Part shown: piece after piece, positions 11,411 to 22,840 of the stretch
Layout of the letters: each line of letters begins with the position of its first letter
How positions within the stretch are numbered: the first letter of the stretch is position 1
NCBI RefSeq assembly: GCF_001186125.1
Contig: NW_014040523.1
Location: forward strand, 1-54,347
From: Sphaeroforma arctica JP610
Lineage: Eukaryota
Direction: 5' to 3'
Length of the DNA stretch: 54,347 nt
The notes under the pieces: model-generated
What the model saw: the letters and a program-made list of their open reading frames with translations, nothing else
The model's database searches: none
What the model was told of the DNA's origin: nothing
Made by a program: the position numbers and the translations under genes

Positions 11411-12724
11411 TTAGGTCCATAAGTCTCCTAGTTTACCTTTATGACATCTTAAGTGTCCAAGAGGTTTTAGATAATCAGCTAAGAGTGGTACTCCAAGAGA
11501 GAAGAAGTTTACAAATCCACACATGCTGTTTACATCTCTTCCTGTAGTTGGTGTTCGCCGATCTAACAGGTGTTCCACCTTACCGGGGTCGATCTTATTA
11601 CCTTCCCCAGATATACGATAGCCTAAGAGCTGTATTTCGCTCATTGCGAAGTGACATTTCTTCTCGTTAATCTTGAAGTTTTGCTCGTTGAGTCTCTGAA
11701 TGACTCGTCTGACTAATGCAGCATGTTCACCCTTAGTCTTTGAAAAGTTGACTATGTCATCTATGTAGACTTGCATATTAGGCATGTCTGCAAACATTTC
11801 TTCCATTACTTGTTGGAAGAATGCTGGTAAAGAGTGCAACCCGAAAGGTGCACCTCTAAACCTGTATTGTTTACCCTTCCAAGTAAAAATAAAGTACTTA
11901 CGATGGAGTTTGTAAATTTGCATTTGATGATACCCCTGTGTTAGGTCTATGGTTGTAAACACCGTAGCACCTTCCATTCGTCTCAGTAACTCGTTTATAC
12001 GAAGGAGATGTAAACTATGAGTCGGCAATAATTTATTTATTGGGCTCATATCCAGACATACTCTGACTTTCTTAAATGTTCCGTCAGAGTTGTGTTGATC
12101 AACTGCCAGCAGTGCTAAGTTTACTGGCGTTTGTTGGTAATTGATTTCGATTACCCCATCGGCTAACCATTTCTCCACTTGTTCTTTAACTACAGCCTCA
12201 TGTCTCCAAGAAACATAGTTTCTTGAAGAGCATTTGATCTTAGTGAAATCTACCTTGGTTAAGTCGAGGCTGACGTATCCGTCATTAAAGCGGAATTTCG
12301 CCCAGTCAGTTATCTTTATCTTCTTATTTACTAATATAAGTTCCATTATTATATCGGCAAAGCCAGGAATTAATTCCTTGACTGTGTCCGATAGTGGTGT
12401 ATATGGTTTCAGACAATTATCGTCTGATTGATCCTTTAATGGATCTATGTTGTTGGGAATACCTGTTACGGTTATCCCTAACGTGAGCAAATCGCTCATT
12501 CCAACTATAATGTCGTACTTCTGTGTCATCTTAACGATCACAGCTTGAGTCGTGATATTTATATCATCAGCCAGGGAGATTTTAACATCTGTGGCCATGG
12601 TATCACACTTGGAAGTTTTATCATCTGCTAAAATAAGGTGAGTAGTTTGAGTTGGCCTTTCAATGCCTTTCATTAATGCAAAGCGGTCGGATATACATGA
12701 AATTTCTGAACCAGGATCAATCAA
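11411..12724 (-). CDS. Gypsy A aspartic protease plus reverse transcriptase (pol fragment)
   Basis: 437-codon open frame with DPGS, RVCLD, PFGL and YIDD motifs. Confidence 0.9.
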   Translation of the reverse strand: MIDPGSEISCISDRFALMKGIERPTQTTHLILADDKTSKCDTMATDVKISLADDINITTQAVIVKMTQKYDIIVGMSDLLTLGITVTGIPNNIDPLKDQSDDNCLKPYTPLSDTVKELIPGFADIIMELILVNKKIKITDWAKFRFNDGYVSLDLTKVDFTKIKCSSRNYVSWRHEAVVKEQVEKWLADGVIEINYQQTPVNLALLAVDQHNSDGTFKKVRVCLDMSPINKLLPTHSLHLLRINELLRRMEGATVFTTIDLTQGYHQMQIYKLHRKYFIFTWKGKQYRFRGAPFGLHSLPAFFQQVMEEMFADMPNMQVYIDDIVNFSKTKGEHAALVRRVIQRLNEQNFKINEKKCHFAMSEIQLLGYRISGEGNKIDPGKVEHLLDRRTPTTGRDVNSMCGFVNFFSLGVPLLADYLKPLGHLRCHKGKLGDLWT

Positions 12725-12849
12725 TGCAAGGACTTCATTTCCGTTGCAATATACAGGGATTATTACACACTCATCTAAGGAGTTGTTGTATTTTCTTTGT
12801 AACGATTGTACCTGGTAGTACTTTCACTCCAACTTAATGTCGGGCTTTT

Positions 12850-15079
12850 TGTCACAAGACTTGGCGTGATAGCCATTGGTCATCTCACACTTGTCACACT
12901 TCGAAAGGAAGTGTGTACAGTTGGGTGTATGTCTTCCATTCCAATAATCGTTAGAGGTTAATTGGTACATGTCATATCCACACTGTGCGTCGGCACATTT
13001 CTTAATCTCCTTATAGGGAGGTTCCTTGTCCTTCGGCTCCGCGCGAACCCGCTTAGTGGGTCGCGTTGGCTGAGCAGCGTCGCGAGTGCGTGTCTGATTA
13101 GGAGGCGTCTGATGAGGTTTATCATCCGACGTCTGTCGTGAGAGATATCCTTGATCAGGGAGCTCGCGTGATTACTTATTCATCACCTTCCCATCGAGGT
13201 TATTCGGTGCGCGGAGTAAAGAGTGGATACAATGTCATAAACCTGTTCCCACTTAAGTCGAGACAGATGGAACTTTGTTTCATGTCCCTTGTCTCGGACC
13301 TCAGTTGCGTACTTACGTCGCAACTCAGTGTACAGACTCTCTCGGTCGTTGTTCCCTATGTTCTTGCAGAACACATGCATAGCCAGGAACTCGTACCATT
13401 TCTGAGCTTTGTTCTTTGTTATATCAGGACGCTTCAGATCTGCATCAAGTTTCAGAATGTAACTCTGAATGGGAGTGTTCTCGACTGGTTCAGTTAGAAT
13501 TGAGCTCAGTCCAGGATCACGCATATCCTTGCTTAATAAGAACGTTACTAAGCAGCACACAGCTGGCCAGTCACTACATGTGTCTAGCTGATGCTGATGT
13601 CGCTGCAGGATCAAATAACTTGTTCCTGTAGGATCAAATGACTGCATTAAAGCAGCAATCCATTGCTGGGGAGCGATATCATTTGTCTCCAGCATGACCG
13701 TAAACGTATTTCGCGTACGGGTTAGCTTGTCGAGGTCATGTTTATTTATAACTCGATCTGCTTGCTGTTGGCATCCCAGTTCGACTTAAGTCGACTGATC
13801 TGTCTCTTGTATTTCTGGTTGTCCCGGTGCACTTGTCCACGTTGGGCATGAAGTAGCTGATCGATGCGCTTCTGCTTGATCGCAATCATATTAGCAAAAT
13901 ATAATACATCGTCCGTCTGGTGATTGGTATCGGCGATTTCCATCTTTTTGGTGTAAACGTCGACCGCTTTATTAAGTTTGGTCACCTCATCAAAGTGGAA
14001 ATCCTCTACGGGTTGGTGTATGACGGTGCGATCGAAGCGATTAAATTCGACGTCGTTATCACGTCTACTAGGGTGTTTATTACCCCGTGTAAAGTCCATG
14101 GTCGAGGCCTTTCGGTGCTCTGTTCCTGGGATAGGTGTTGGCCTTATAAGTTCGGGAGGTAACTCCGTGTGGACGACATATCCAGTCTTAACTGGTTTAT
14201 GACGTGGACGGTCCCCCCAACTGGGTAAAGGTGGTGGAGTGTTTTTACCTGCCTCTGGGTCTATAATACCCTCAAGGACAGGCGACTCATGGCCTGGCGA
14301 AAGAACAGCCGAATAATTAGCCTGGACTTCTGGTGGCAGGTCCTCGTAAGGTATAGATACGCTGAGCACATATGGGTCAACTGACACAGGTTTGGCGCTC
14401 AGGTCCATTCGCTTTTCGGGCGACATTGACTGCTGACGTTCTGTCCACTTCTGTAGGGCTTTAGTAATGCCCGGAGAAACATGCTCGCGTAAGCGCTGTG
14501 CTTGCTTTCCTGATTCATACGTTCGATCTACATATTCAACAGACATGCTTTTCATAAGAGCGGCTAACTGATTCTTAAGATCAGTGTTTTCAGTCATTAA
14601 CTTACATATGCGCGTTGGCTCAGTGGTCTCGGACGAAGATTTGGGTTTGCCACTTGAGCTTGCCTCCTCTTCTGGTTCCGGTGTAGTACCTTCTGAGATT
14701 CGTCTTTGTCCCTTATAATTGGGAACTTTTCTGTCTGGGTTTCATCAGAAGAATTGGTTGGGGCGTCGTGAGACGTGTCCCTTGTCTCACTTCTTCGCTT
14801 CGGAAATGCGTACTTCGAAATTGAGGCAATCATTGGTCCTCGGGCCCTTTCGGCAGGAGTAGTCTCCTTAATCGGAGTGGCTACATCCTTATCCGAAGCA
14901 TTGTTCTGACTATTATTGCCAGAGACAAGTGCTTCGGCTACGGTGCGGTTAAACCCATCGGCAGCATCCGCGATTGCTTCTGCGGCAGCAGTAGCTGCGG
15001 CGGCACTAGCAGCTTCTCTCTCAATCTTCTTGCGTTCGGCCTTGCGTTTCTTTGCAGGTGTATTGTCTTTCTTTGTCAT
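12850..15079 (-). pseudogene. Gypsy A gag region (fragmented)
   Basis: Consecutive minus-strand ORFs 14597-15079, 13746-14597 and 13183-13695 upstream of a CX2CX5HX3C knuckle and the protease. Confidence 0.7.
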
Positions 15080-15207
15080 AATACTTAAGTTATAACTTCA
15101 GTCTATTCTCTTTAGGGAATAACTGCGCTTAGGAAAAAAAATCGTGGTAGTTATCTACCTTTACGTTTAAGTAGTCTAAGTAGTTAATACCTTTGCTAAC
15201 TTTAAAA

Positions 15208-15770
15208 TGTGTAAGTTTCGGTCTATCAAGGCGATAATAACGCCTTATAGTAAATAAACGCTTAGGTTAAGGCTAAGTATACCAAAACTTAAAAGTAAAT
15301 AAACGAAAGGAGTCTTTTAGCAAAGTTAGGTATGCCTCGTGAAAACAGCAATACTCTGAGGAATTGTAGGGCTGAGACATTGTCTATATATAATCCTCTC
15401 AGTACTGTTTTCGCCGAAGGGATTTTATTTAGTGTTTCGTCGTCGCTCTATAAACTATGGTATGTTTCGTTGGGGCGAATCCGAGAGACTCATAAAATCC
15501 TATGTTTAGAGGAAGAAAAAAGAAGAAGAAAAAACTCTTGATGTCCATAGTTATTGCATTAACCAATAACTTGCCACTTATCAAGAATTACCAACTAGCC
15601 TTCATCAGATTGACACATCTGGTTGGCTGAACGGAGGATAAACGAAGCAACGCTAATAGTCCTTAGAAACCTATGTTCGGTTGAGCCATCTTGCTACCGA
15701 AGTATTCGGATATAAATAGATTTGGAAAGTAAAATATAGTTATATTAATAGAAATAGTCCAAATCTTACA
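15208..15770 (-). repeat. Putative 5' LTR of Gypsy A
   Basis: Minus-strand TGTAAGATTT...CTTACACA followed by TTTT, as in Gypsy B; TATA-like motif at ~15386. No partner LTR is present to confirm the boundaries. Confidence 0.45.
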
Positions 15771-16299
15771 TTTGGTATTTCACGGGGGCCTTTTAATGGC
15801 CTTGTCCAAATTCTGATTATGTAAAATGGAAAAGGTATTTAATTATTGAAACCGTTAAACCCCATTTAAGGAAAACTAAGTTTACGTACTTTTAAGAGTA
15901 CGTTTATATTACAAGATTCTAATGTGGAGGCCCGGCTTCTACAGAAGGGGGAGGCGGTGTTGGTGGTGGTCGACCAGTCGGGCGTTGTGCACGTTGTGTG
16001 CGTAAGTGTGTAGCGATGTTACGGCTAGTGGGTCTAGAGGAAGGAGGGCTGGTGTCGAGCCAGGAGGGAAGGGAGATAAATCAAAGCAGGGCGGATGGCG
16101 GTGGGCAACGATCGGGTGGAGCTCTCCTGAAGGTATATACGATGTTTTGGGGTGGGGGGGGAGCGGGGTTTCGGATGCATAGCCGAGATAGTAGACACGG
16201 TATAGTGTGTTGGTAATGTGTGTATGATTGTTGTCGAAATTGTGTGCTAGGGTCGGGGATGGTGGTGAGTGTGTGAGATGTATGCTTAGAGTGGGCGGG

Positions 16300-17720
16300 T
16301 CGAGGAAGGTTCTTAGTCAAGGTGTCTGCGATGCTATCGGCAGTGTTGACGTATTTGGTTGGCGATGACACCTTGGTCTTGGAGGTCACGAATATGGTGA
16401 ACACGAATGTCGACGTGCTTCAGCTGCTTGGGAGTACCCGAGTTGGTGATGACATGTACGGCGGATTGGTTTTCGCAGTATAGATCAGTGGGAGTGTCGG
16501 GGGTAAAGCCAAGCTCAGTCAAAAAGTTGCGGAGCCACTGTATGTGTTTAGCGGCTTCACTGACAGCAAAGTATTCGGCTTCAGCAGTGCTAGTGCTGAC
16601 ATTCCAGATGACTGTTGTGCCACATATGCGAAAAACGTAGCCGGTAGTGGAGCGACGGGTAGGGAGGCAGCTAGCATAGTCGGAATCAGCGTAGGCGTCA
16701 GTGAAGAGCGGTTGGGGTGTTTTACTGTACGTGAGGCCAAGTGTGGGGTTGGTGCGGAGATAGCGGAGCACGCGACAAGCAGCGAGCCAGTGGTCTTCGC
16801 AAGGGTTGAAAAGGAAACGCAAGAGATTGTTGACGGCGAAGGTGATATCGATGCGCGTGAGTATGGAGAGGTAGAGAAGGGTGCCGACAAGTTCGCGGTA
16901 TGGGCAGTCAAAGGGAGGGCTGTCGTGTTCAATGAGAGGGGTGATCCGGAGGGGGGTGTTGACTGGATGAGTGGAAGCGATGTCAAAGTGTTCGAGAGCC
17001 TCAGTAATGTACGAGGTTTATGCTGGTAGAAGTGGCGTTGGTGATAATGCGACAGCCGAGGAGCCAGGTGGATTCGCCGAGGACGGAGCAATCGAATTCC
17101 GAAAGAAGTTGTGCTTTAAAGCGTTCAACGTCGGCGGGAGTGCAGCCACATATGATAAGGTCGTCGACGTAAATCAGCACGGTGCAGTTGTATGAGGGTG
17201 TGCGGATGGTAAACATACAGCGGTCTGTGTGTGCCTGATGAAAGCCGAATTGAAGGAGCTTAGACTTAATAAGGGAGAACCAAAGCTTCCCAGATTGTTT
17301 GAGACTGTAGAGCGATTTCTTTTGCTCAAGGGTGGTGTCCTTATAAATACCTATTTGATCTGAGCCAGCGGGTGGTTTCATGAAGATGAGATGGTCAAGG
17401 TCAGCGTGAAGGAATGAGGTGTTGACATCCATCTGCTTTGTGTGCCAGCCCTTGTTGGCAGCAACAGCGAGAAGCGTGCGGAGGGATTCATGGGTGCAGG
17501 TAGGTGCATACGTCTCCGTGAAGTTGATATCATTGGTTTGCATGAAGCCACGGGTAACAAGTCGAGCTTTATTTGTCAATAATCCCATTGACCATCTTGA
17601 TTTTGAAACCCTATTTAGAGGTCACAGTTAGGACGTCAGCAGGGAGGTCGGTCGTGTCGCGGAGGATGAAAGTACCAGTTTTGCGAAGGCTGTTCATCTC
17701 AGTCGATGGCAGCTCGCCAG
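16300..17720 (-). pseudogene. Copia A reverse transcriptase plus RNase H
   Basis: ORF pieces 17001-17588 and 16334-16822 with canonical Copia RT and RH motifs; frameshifted. Confidence 0.9.
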
Positions 17721-18469
17721 AGGTCGGCTTCTGGACTGTAGGGGTGATGGGTTGGTCCTGCACAGCTTTGCATAGAGCATGAACGTAAGAGCGAACGGCA
17801 TCGTATTTACGTTGATCCGACAGTTGCTTGCGGGTAAGGCGAGGGCGGTACTTGTCAGGGCCCGGGAGATCAGAGATGTGTGGGGTCTCGTGGGAGTCGT
17901 CGATGAGAAGGTTACGGAGCTCGCGGTTACGGGGACGTTTGGCGATGTGAAGGTGTAGCTGGTCGTTGTGGGAGCCGAGGATACGGTCTTGGTCGTGGCG
18001 AGCAGTAGAGGCTTGGAAGAGTTCGGCCTGTTGCTGAGTTTGGAAGTCAGCGGTACGGGCGCGAGCTTTAAGGGCGTGACGGGCGTCAGAGGATTGGGCG
18101 TGTGGGTGGGCGACACGGTCGTGGGCGGTGCGGAGCAGGGTCTGAAGATTTTTATGGAGAGAGTCAGTTGCTGGGGGGCTGGGGAGGAGTGAGGGTTTGG
18201 GGGAAATACATGGTGTGGATTCAAGTTCAACGACGGAGCACGGAGGAGGGTATGGAGGGTCGGGGACGTCGCATGGTGGGGGTGGAGTATCGATGACGGA
18301 GCAGGGCGGTGGGTCCGGAGAGTCATAGGTCTCGGGCGGTGGCAGGGATGTCAGGGTGGCGGGAGGTTCTATGACGGAAGGCAGGGTATCACGATATGTG
18401 TCGACAACAGAGAGCTGTTCCGGGGTGAGATAGGGCTTCGATTTAAAGCCGACGTTGTGCCACAAGTGA

Positions 18470-19240
18470 AAGATGCTCTCGTTGAATTGAACTTGGCGGG
18501 AAGTCATGGTGTGACCAGTGTCAACGTTGAGCATGCAATATTCGTTGGCGTGCGTGGAGTAGGGGTCACGTGCGATGAGGATGCCAACTCGACATTTGAG
18601 ACGGAGTTTGTCGGTATTGCCGTGGTTATAACTGAGGGTCATGCATCCATATACGCGAAGGGCTTTGACGAAAGCAGTAACGGGGCGATCAGAGAAGGCT
18701 TCGTTGGGATTGGATGTGCGGTGAAAGATGTTGCGGATGTGAGAGGCATGGGATTTGGCTTCGGCCCACATGTGGGAGGGTTGGAGAGCCTGGGCGACCA
18801 TACAAAGTGCAATGTTCATGTTGGTCTGGTGTGCACGTTCGACACCACCGTGTTTGGCGGAGTCGCCAGTGAGGCTGTAGAGGATTTGGACATGGGCAAG
18901 GTGGTTAACGAGTTTGAATTCGGTGGCAACAAGCTCACCTCCACGGTTGGCGATGATGGTGCGTAGGCGATCGTGCCCTTGTGCTTCGATAAAGGTATAA
19001 AAACGGTCGAGGACAAGGTGATCATCGCTTTTGATGCGGGGATGTTCTTGGTACCCGAGGCCTGTACGGCGTCCAAAGAAATGGATGGTGTATGCGTGGC
19101 CACCATATCTCTGTCTTCAAGGTTGACTTGCCATTCAGCGTCAAGAACAGGGAGGGTGCGTGGCTTGTCACTGACTGGGATTTTGTACATTTTTCCAGTG
19201 GCGCAGGAGACGCAGGAACATGCTGGAGACCCCGTGTGGA
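18470..19240 (-). pseudogene. Copia A integrase
   Basis: C..C..GK-like Zn-finger end near 19200, core fragments, and MWAEA...RVYGC...DKL...SRQVQFNE. Confidence 0.75.
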
Positions 19241-19399
19241 GGAGACTGACGTCGATGGCAGTTTGGAGTGCGGCAGGGATGGGTACGGCGTGAGCCGGAG
19301 GACCGAAGATGGCGACACCAGTGTAGAGCCAGTTGGGAGCGGTGACAAAGTCCTGAGTGCCGTCGGGCTGGCGTCGGAGAAATGTATGGGGAGCGGAGG

Positions 19400-19740
19400 G
19401 GGTGATTTAGTTTGGGCCACCAAGCTGCCTTGGGGTTCGAGCTTGGCGGTACCGCGTGGGAAGTCCTTCCAAGGAAGGTTGCCGTAGAGGCGCTTCGTGG
19501 GTTGGCGGTACCGCGTGGGAAGTCCTTCCAAGGAAGGTTGCCGTAGAGGCGCTTCGTGGGTTGGCGCCAGTTCTGTTTGTATGCGTCATGAAGGGAAGTG
19601 GCTTTGCCTTTGTGGTCAATGGTGCAGTAGGTAGGAGCTTGGCGTTTGTGCTTAGTAGCGAACATGTCGATATCAACGGGGCCAAAGACTTGCGTGACGT
19701 GTTTGTCAAATAGTGTGGGGTGAAGCTGGTATTCGTCGCA
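19400..19740 (-). pseudogene. Dam-like DNA N6-adenine methyltransferase domain within Copia A pol
   Basis: DEYQLHPTLFDKHVTQVFGPVDIDMFATKHKRQAPTYCT...DAYKQNW...LYGNLPW (AAC CTT CCT TGG, one substitution from NPPW, 19528-19539), then ...AAWWPKL in a shifted frame. Confidence 0.8.
19443..19566. repeat. Exact 59-bp tandem duplication
   Basis: Units start at 19443 and 19502, with ttggcg repeated again at 19561. Confidence 0.95.
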
Positions 19741-20041
19741 GTAGGTCAGCGGCGGGGGGATGGGGATGTTGTGTGTGTGGGCGATGGCTTTGGTCGTGTG
19801 GATGAACTGGTGGCCAAAGCGGGCGTGGTGGAGGTTGAGACTGTCAGTTTGGAATGTATTCAGGTGGTAGCGCCCGGCAGATTCATCAATGAACTTGACG
19901 GTGGTGCCACCGCGTGTGATAAGGCATTGGGCGAGGCCGTTGGGAGTAGGTGTTTTGGGGGGAAAGATAGTGTAACCGTTGCGTTGCATCTTGCGCACAC
20001 AGAGAATAGGCTGACTGGCGTCGGGGAGGACGAGGGCAGGG

Positions 20042-20366
20042 TGTAGCATCTAGGGACCAGATTGTCAAAAAGCCAATACAAATCCTAAAACTCAGAATCA
20101 TCAAATACTGAGTTTTGGAATTAGGATTGGAATATTTCCGATATTAGAGTCATGAGAAATATTATTGGTAGAACCGGTAAGATATACCGGGACTCCCGCG
20201 TGTGAGAGAAACACTCAAGTAAATCCTGAGTCTAGTGAAAACACAAATAAAGACTCAGTTCGGTTCTCTCCGACTAGGACTTTTCCTAGCTGAGATAAAC
20301 GTACTTGAGAAGAGGTCTATTGTATCCTATTGTCTCATACCTTTCAGATATTCTCCATACTCTACA
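20042..20366 (+). repeat. Gypsy B 5' LTR (325 bp)
   Basis: TG...CA direct repeat of 28347-28671; about 20 mismatches by hand count. Confidence 0.96.
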
Positions 20367-20477
20367 TTTTTTACAATATCCTTACTTAGAATAAGTCAAA
20401 TAACATACACTCGAAAGGAAGAATGAGTGGGAATACAGGGAGTCTTAATCCTTACACATAAGGAGAGACTCCAGATA

Positions 20478-20546
20478 AAGAGGCCCCAACAAGTGAAGAG
20501 GCCCCAACAAGAGAAGGCCCCAACAAGTGAAGAGGCCTTAACAAGC
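20478..20546 (+). repeat. Short ~16-19-bp tandem repeat (GAGGCCCCAACAAG core) in the Gypsy B leader
   Basis: Four units visible, plus a degenerate one at ~20628. Confidence 0.8.
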
Positions 20547-22295
20547 AAACCAGAAGAGAAGCTCGAACCGCAGAAGGAAAGGGCACTGAAGAACTGTGAT
20601 ACCAGGAGGAGCAGTTAGTTGGAAACAGAGGACCCCAACAAGAAGACCGCTACAAGAATTATGACTCGGTATAGAAGAACGAATAAGGCAACAAACTCGT
20701 GCTACAACAGTAGCGTGCTGAAGTGTAAGGTGTTAAATCATTTGTGATGATAATAGTGTGCCATAGAGAGTTTACGAGACTGGCGTAGGGCAAAACCAGT
20801 GAAAATTCAAAAGCTGTCAAGGTGATTGAATAATCAAAGCTAATTATTTTCTAGGATTTTCAGACAAGAAAACACCTTGACAGAAGATTCACAAAAAGGG
20901 CACTACCTAACCTCACTCACTCGAGGCTCCTGGACAAAAGATTAAGAAGCATAGCACGCATTTTCCACCACACCCAACAGACAAGCATCAAGCAAATCAA
21001 TAGATAACTGAAATCTTCAGTATGTACAAAGATTATAAGAAGCAAACACAATACAGGTGGCATAACAAGAAAAAGCAATACAAATGGCATAACATTACAC
21101 AAGAGTTACACATAACGATCATGATCTAAATTCATACAAATCGAAGATCAGAGAGACATCAAATTTCAAATCGAAGAAACATCAAATCATACGCGTAGAC
21201 AGCCATAGTATTATCACACAATATTATGATCTAAAATATTCTAATAACCAGACCAACCAATATTATTGAGCGACAAACAACACACATAATATAATACTAG
21301 TCGCAACACATAAGAAATCAGGATAATACGTAGACACGCGAGGTAAGAAAGAACAGCGCATACTGGCAAGGAACGTTTAGTACCCAAGACAATTGCAAGA
21401 CAACAGTATACAGCTACAGAAAGAAAGCGCAATTTGACAAACACTACAACGAACTCTATAAAAACAAGAAATTGCACAGACACCAACATTTCGAGGTATT
21501 GATCACACAGAGCCCATAAAGGCTCATGCACAACGACACAATTGCAGTAGCACTAGATGAACATACATAAATGTTTATAAAACACATACTCTACGACGCA
21601 GTCGCGCTAGAACATACATAAACATGTATACACAAACATGAACTAAGTGCAAAACTAGGCAATCACGAGAGATCAATAAGGGATCACAGAGGATGTCACA
21701 ATTAAGACAAAAACACAACACATACATGAACCACAAAAGGTAAATAAATGTCAGGCTAGCTAATTAAGCAATATAGAGCCAAAGAGTACATACAACACAA
21801 CCGTCACAAGGGGACACATTATAATAAAACTGTAAATCCACCAGTAGATTCAAGGACACATCTATTGATAAGAGAGGCTATAAGAAACGCTAAGACTAGC
21901 CACTCTGGCACAATTAGTCAAGAAGCATAGATTTTATTACAACAACAAACACTCAGCAATCAGCAATCACATTGAAAAAAGATACAACCCCTATTTCTTT
22001 CATGACTAGCCACTCAGGCAAGCATAGTCAAACATTACCAGAATCACACAACACATGCGATCAGCATCGTCACTGATTCAATACAAAGCACATTGCGAAG
22101 ACAATAAGCGATAACAAGCAATCCTAAGTGAAATCGAGAGACACAAATCAACGAACACAGGACATACACAACACACGCAGGCGTTCATTAGAACAAACAG
22201 TGTGAAGAAATACAAGGACACAAGTAGTCGCATAAATTAAAGGACTCTGACACGATCATAGTGCTAAGGAACGAACATCAAGTGTGGACTAGCGC

Positions 22296-22450
22296 ACACA
22301 TAGTTCGGCACAAAACCCGAACCGACCGGTGACGCCAATAGCGACACACTTCGGTACCGGATACAGTTTGGTACAGGACACACTCCGGTACAAGACGCAG
22401 TTCGGTACAGGACACAGTTCGGTACAGGACACAGTTCGGTACAGGACCAA
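22296..22450 (+). repeat. 17-bp tandem repeat (CGGTACAGGACACAGTT) in the Gypsy B leader
   Basis: About six units at 22345-22450 and degenerate ones upstream. Confidence 0.85.
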
Positions 22451-22459
22451 ACTGCTAGA

Positions 22460-22840
22460 GTGACGTCACTAGGACCGAACATCTCACTGAGAACACACAT
22501 GAGGAATTATTTTCTCATATGACGGAATAAGTATAAGTGACGTCACATATGACAAATAAGCTTTACTAACAGGCACCATTTTCAAACCCTATAAATATAG
22601 GGGACGAAGCAACAAGCTACCGGGCCATACAGCACGGTAAACACTTCCAGCGGAAGTGCAGCAAAGTAACGACACTAAAATAGTAAGTAAAACAAATCAA
22701 AGTTTTATTTTATATATAAAAATTATTACTAAAGACGGGGGGGGGGGGGGGGGTGAAGCGCGCGCTTTCGCACAAAATATAACCAGAGTCTTTATTAATA
22801 ATTCACTAACACCCACACACCACGCAGACAACTGAAAATG
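22460..22840 (+). promoter_or_regulatory. Putative internal promoter and 5'-UTR intron upstream of Gypsy B gag
   Basis: Two GTGACGTCAC (CRE) palindromes at 22460 and 22537; TATAAATA at 22590; GTAAGT at 22683; branch point CACTAAC at 22804; acceptor CGCAG ending 22827; ATG at 22838. Confidence 0.55.

Larger units (their letters stand above)
5915..15770 (-). mobile_element. Ty3/Gypsy element A (decayed): gag-PR-RT-RH-adenine MTase-INT remnant; interrupted by solo LTR 7172-11068
   Basis: Protease LIDPGSEISCIS (~12700); RT with KVRVCLD, IDLTQGYHQ, PFGL and YIDD (11411-12724); RNase H ending HLPGIHNHLPDILSR (~7080-7120); gag Zn knuckle CDKCEMTNGYHAKSC (~12855-12900). Integrase C-terminus (5915-6122) resembles Gypsy C; the integrase core is deleted and the 3' LTR is missing. 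Confidence 0.9.

Noticed and set aside
14595..14599. TAATG stop-start overlap between Gypsy A gag ORFs as programmed reinitiation
   Set aside because: The element has many other disabling mutations, so a single copy cannot distinguish this from decay.
16407..20046. Numerous plus-strand ORFs over the Copia element
   Set aside because: Antisense shadows of GC-rich pol sequence with no motifs of their own.
22296..22450. CRISPR-like array
   Set aside because: 17-bp head-to-tail units without unique spacers, inside a eukaryotic LTR element.
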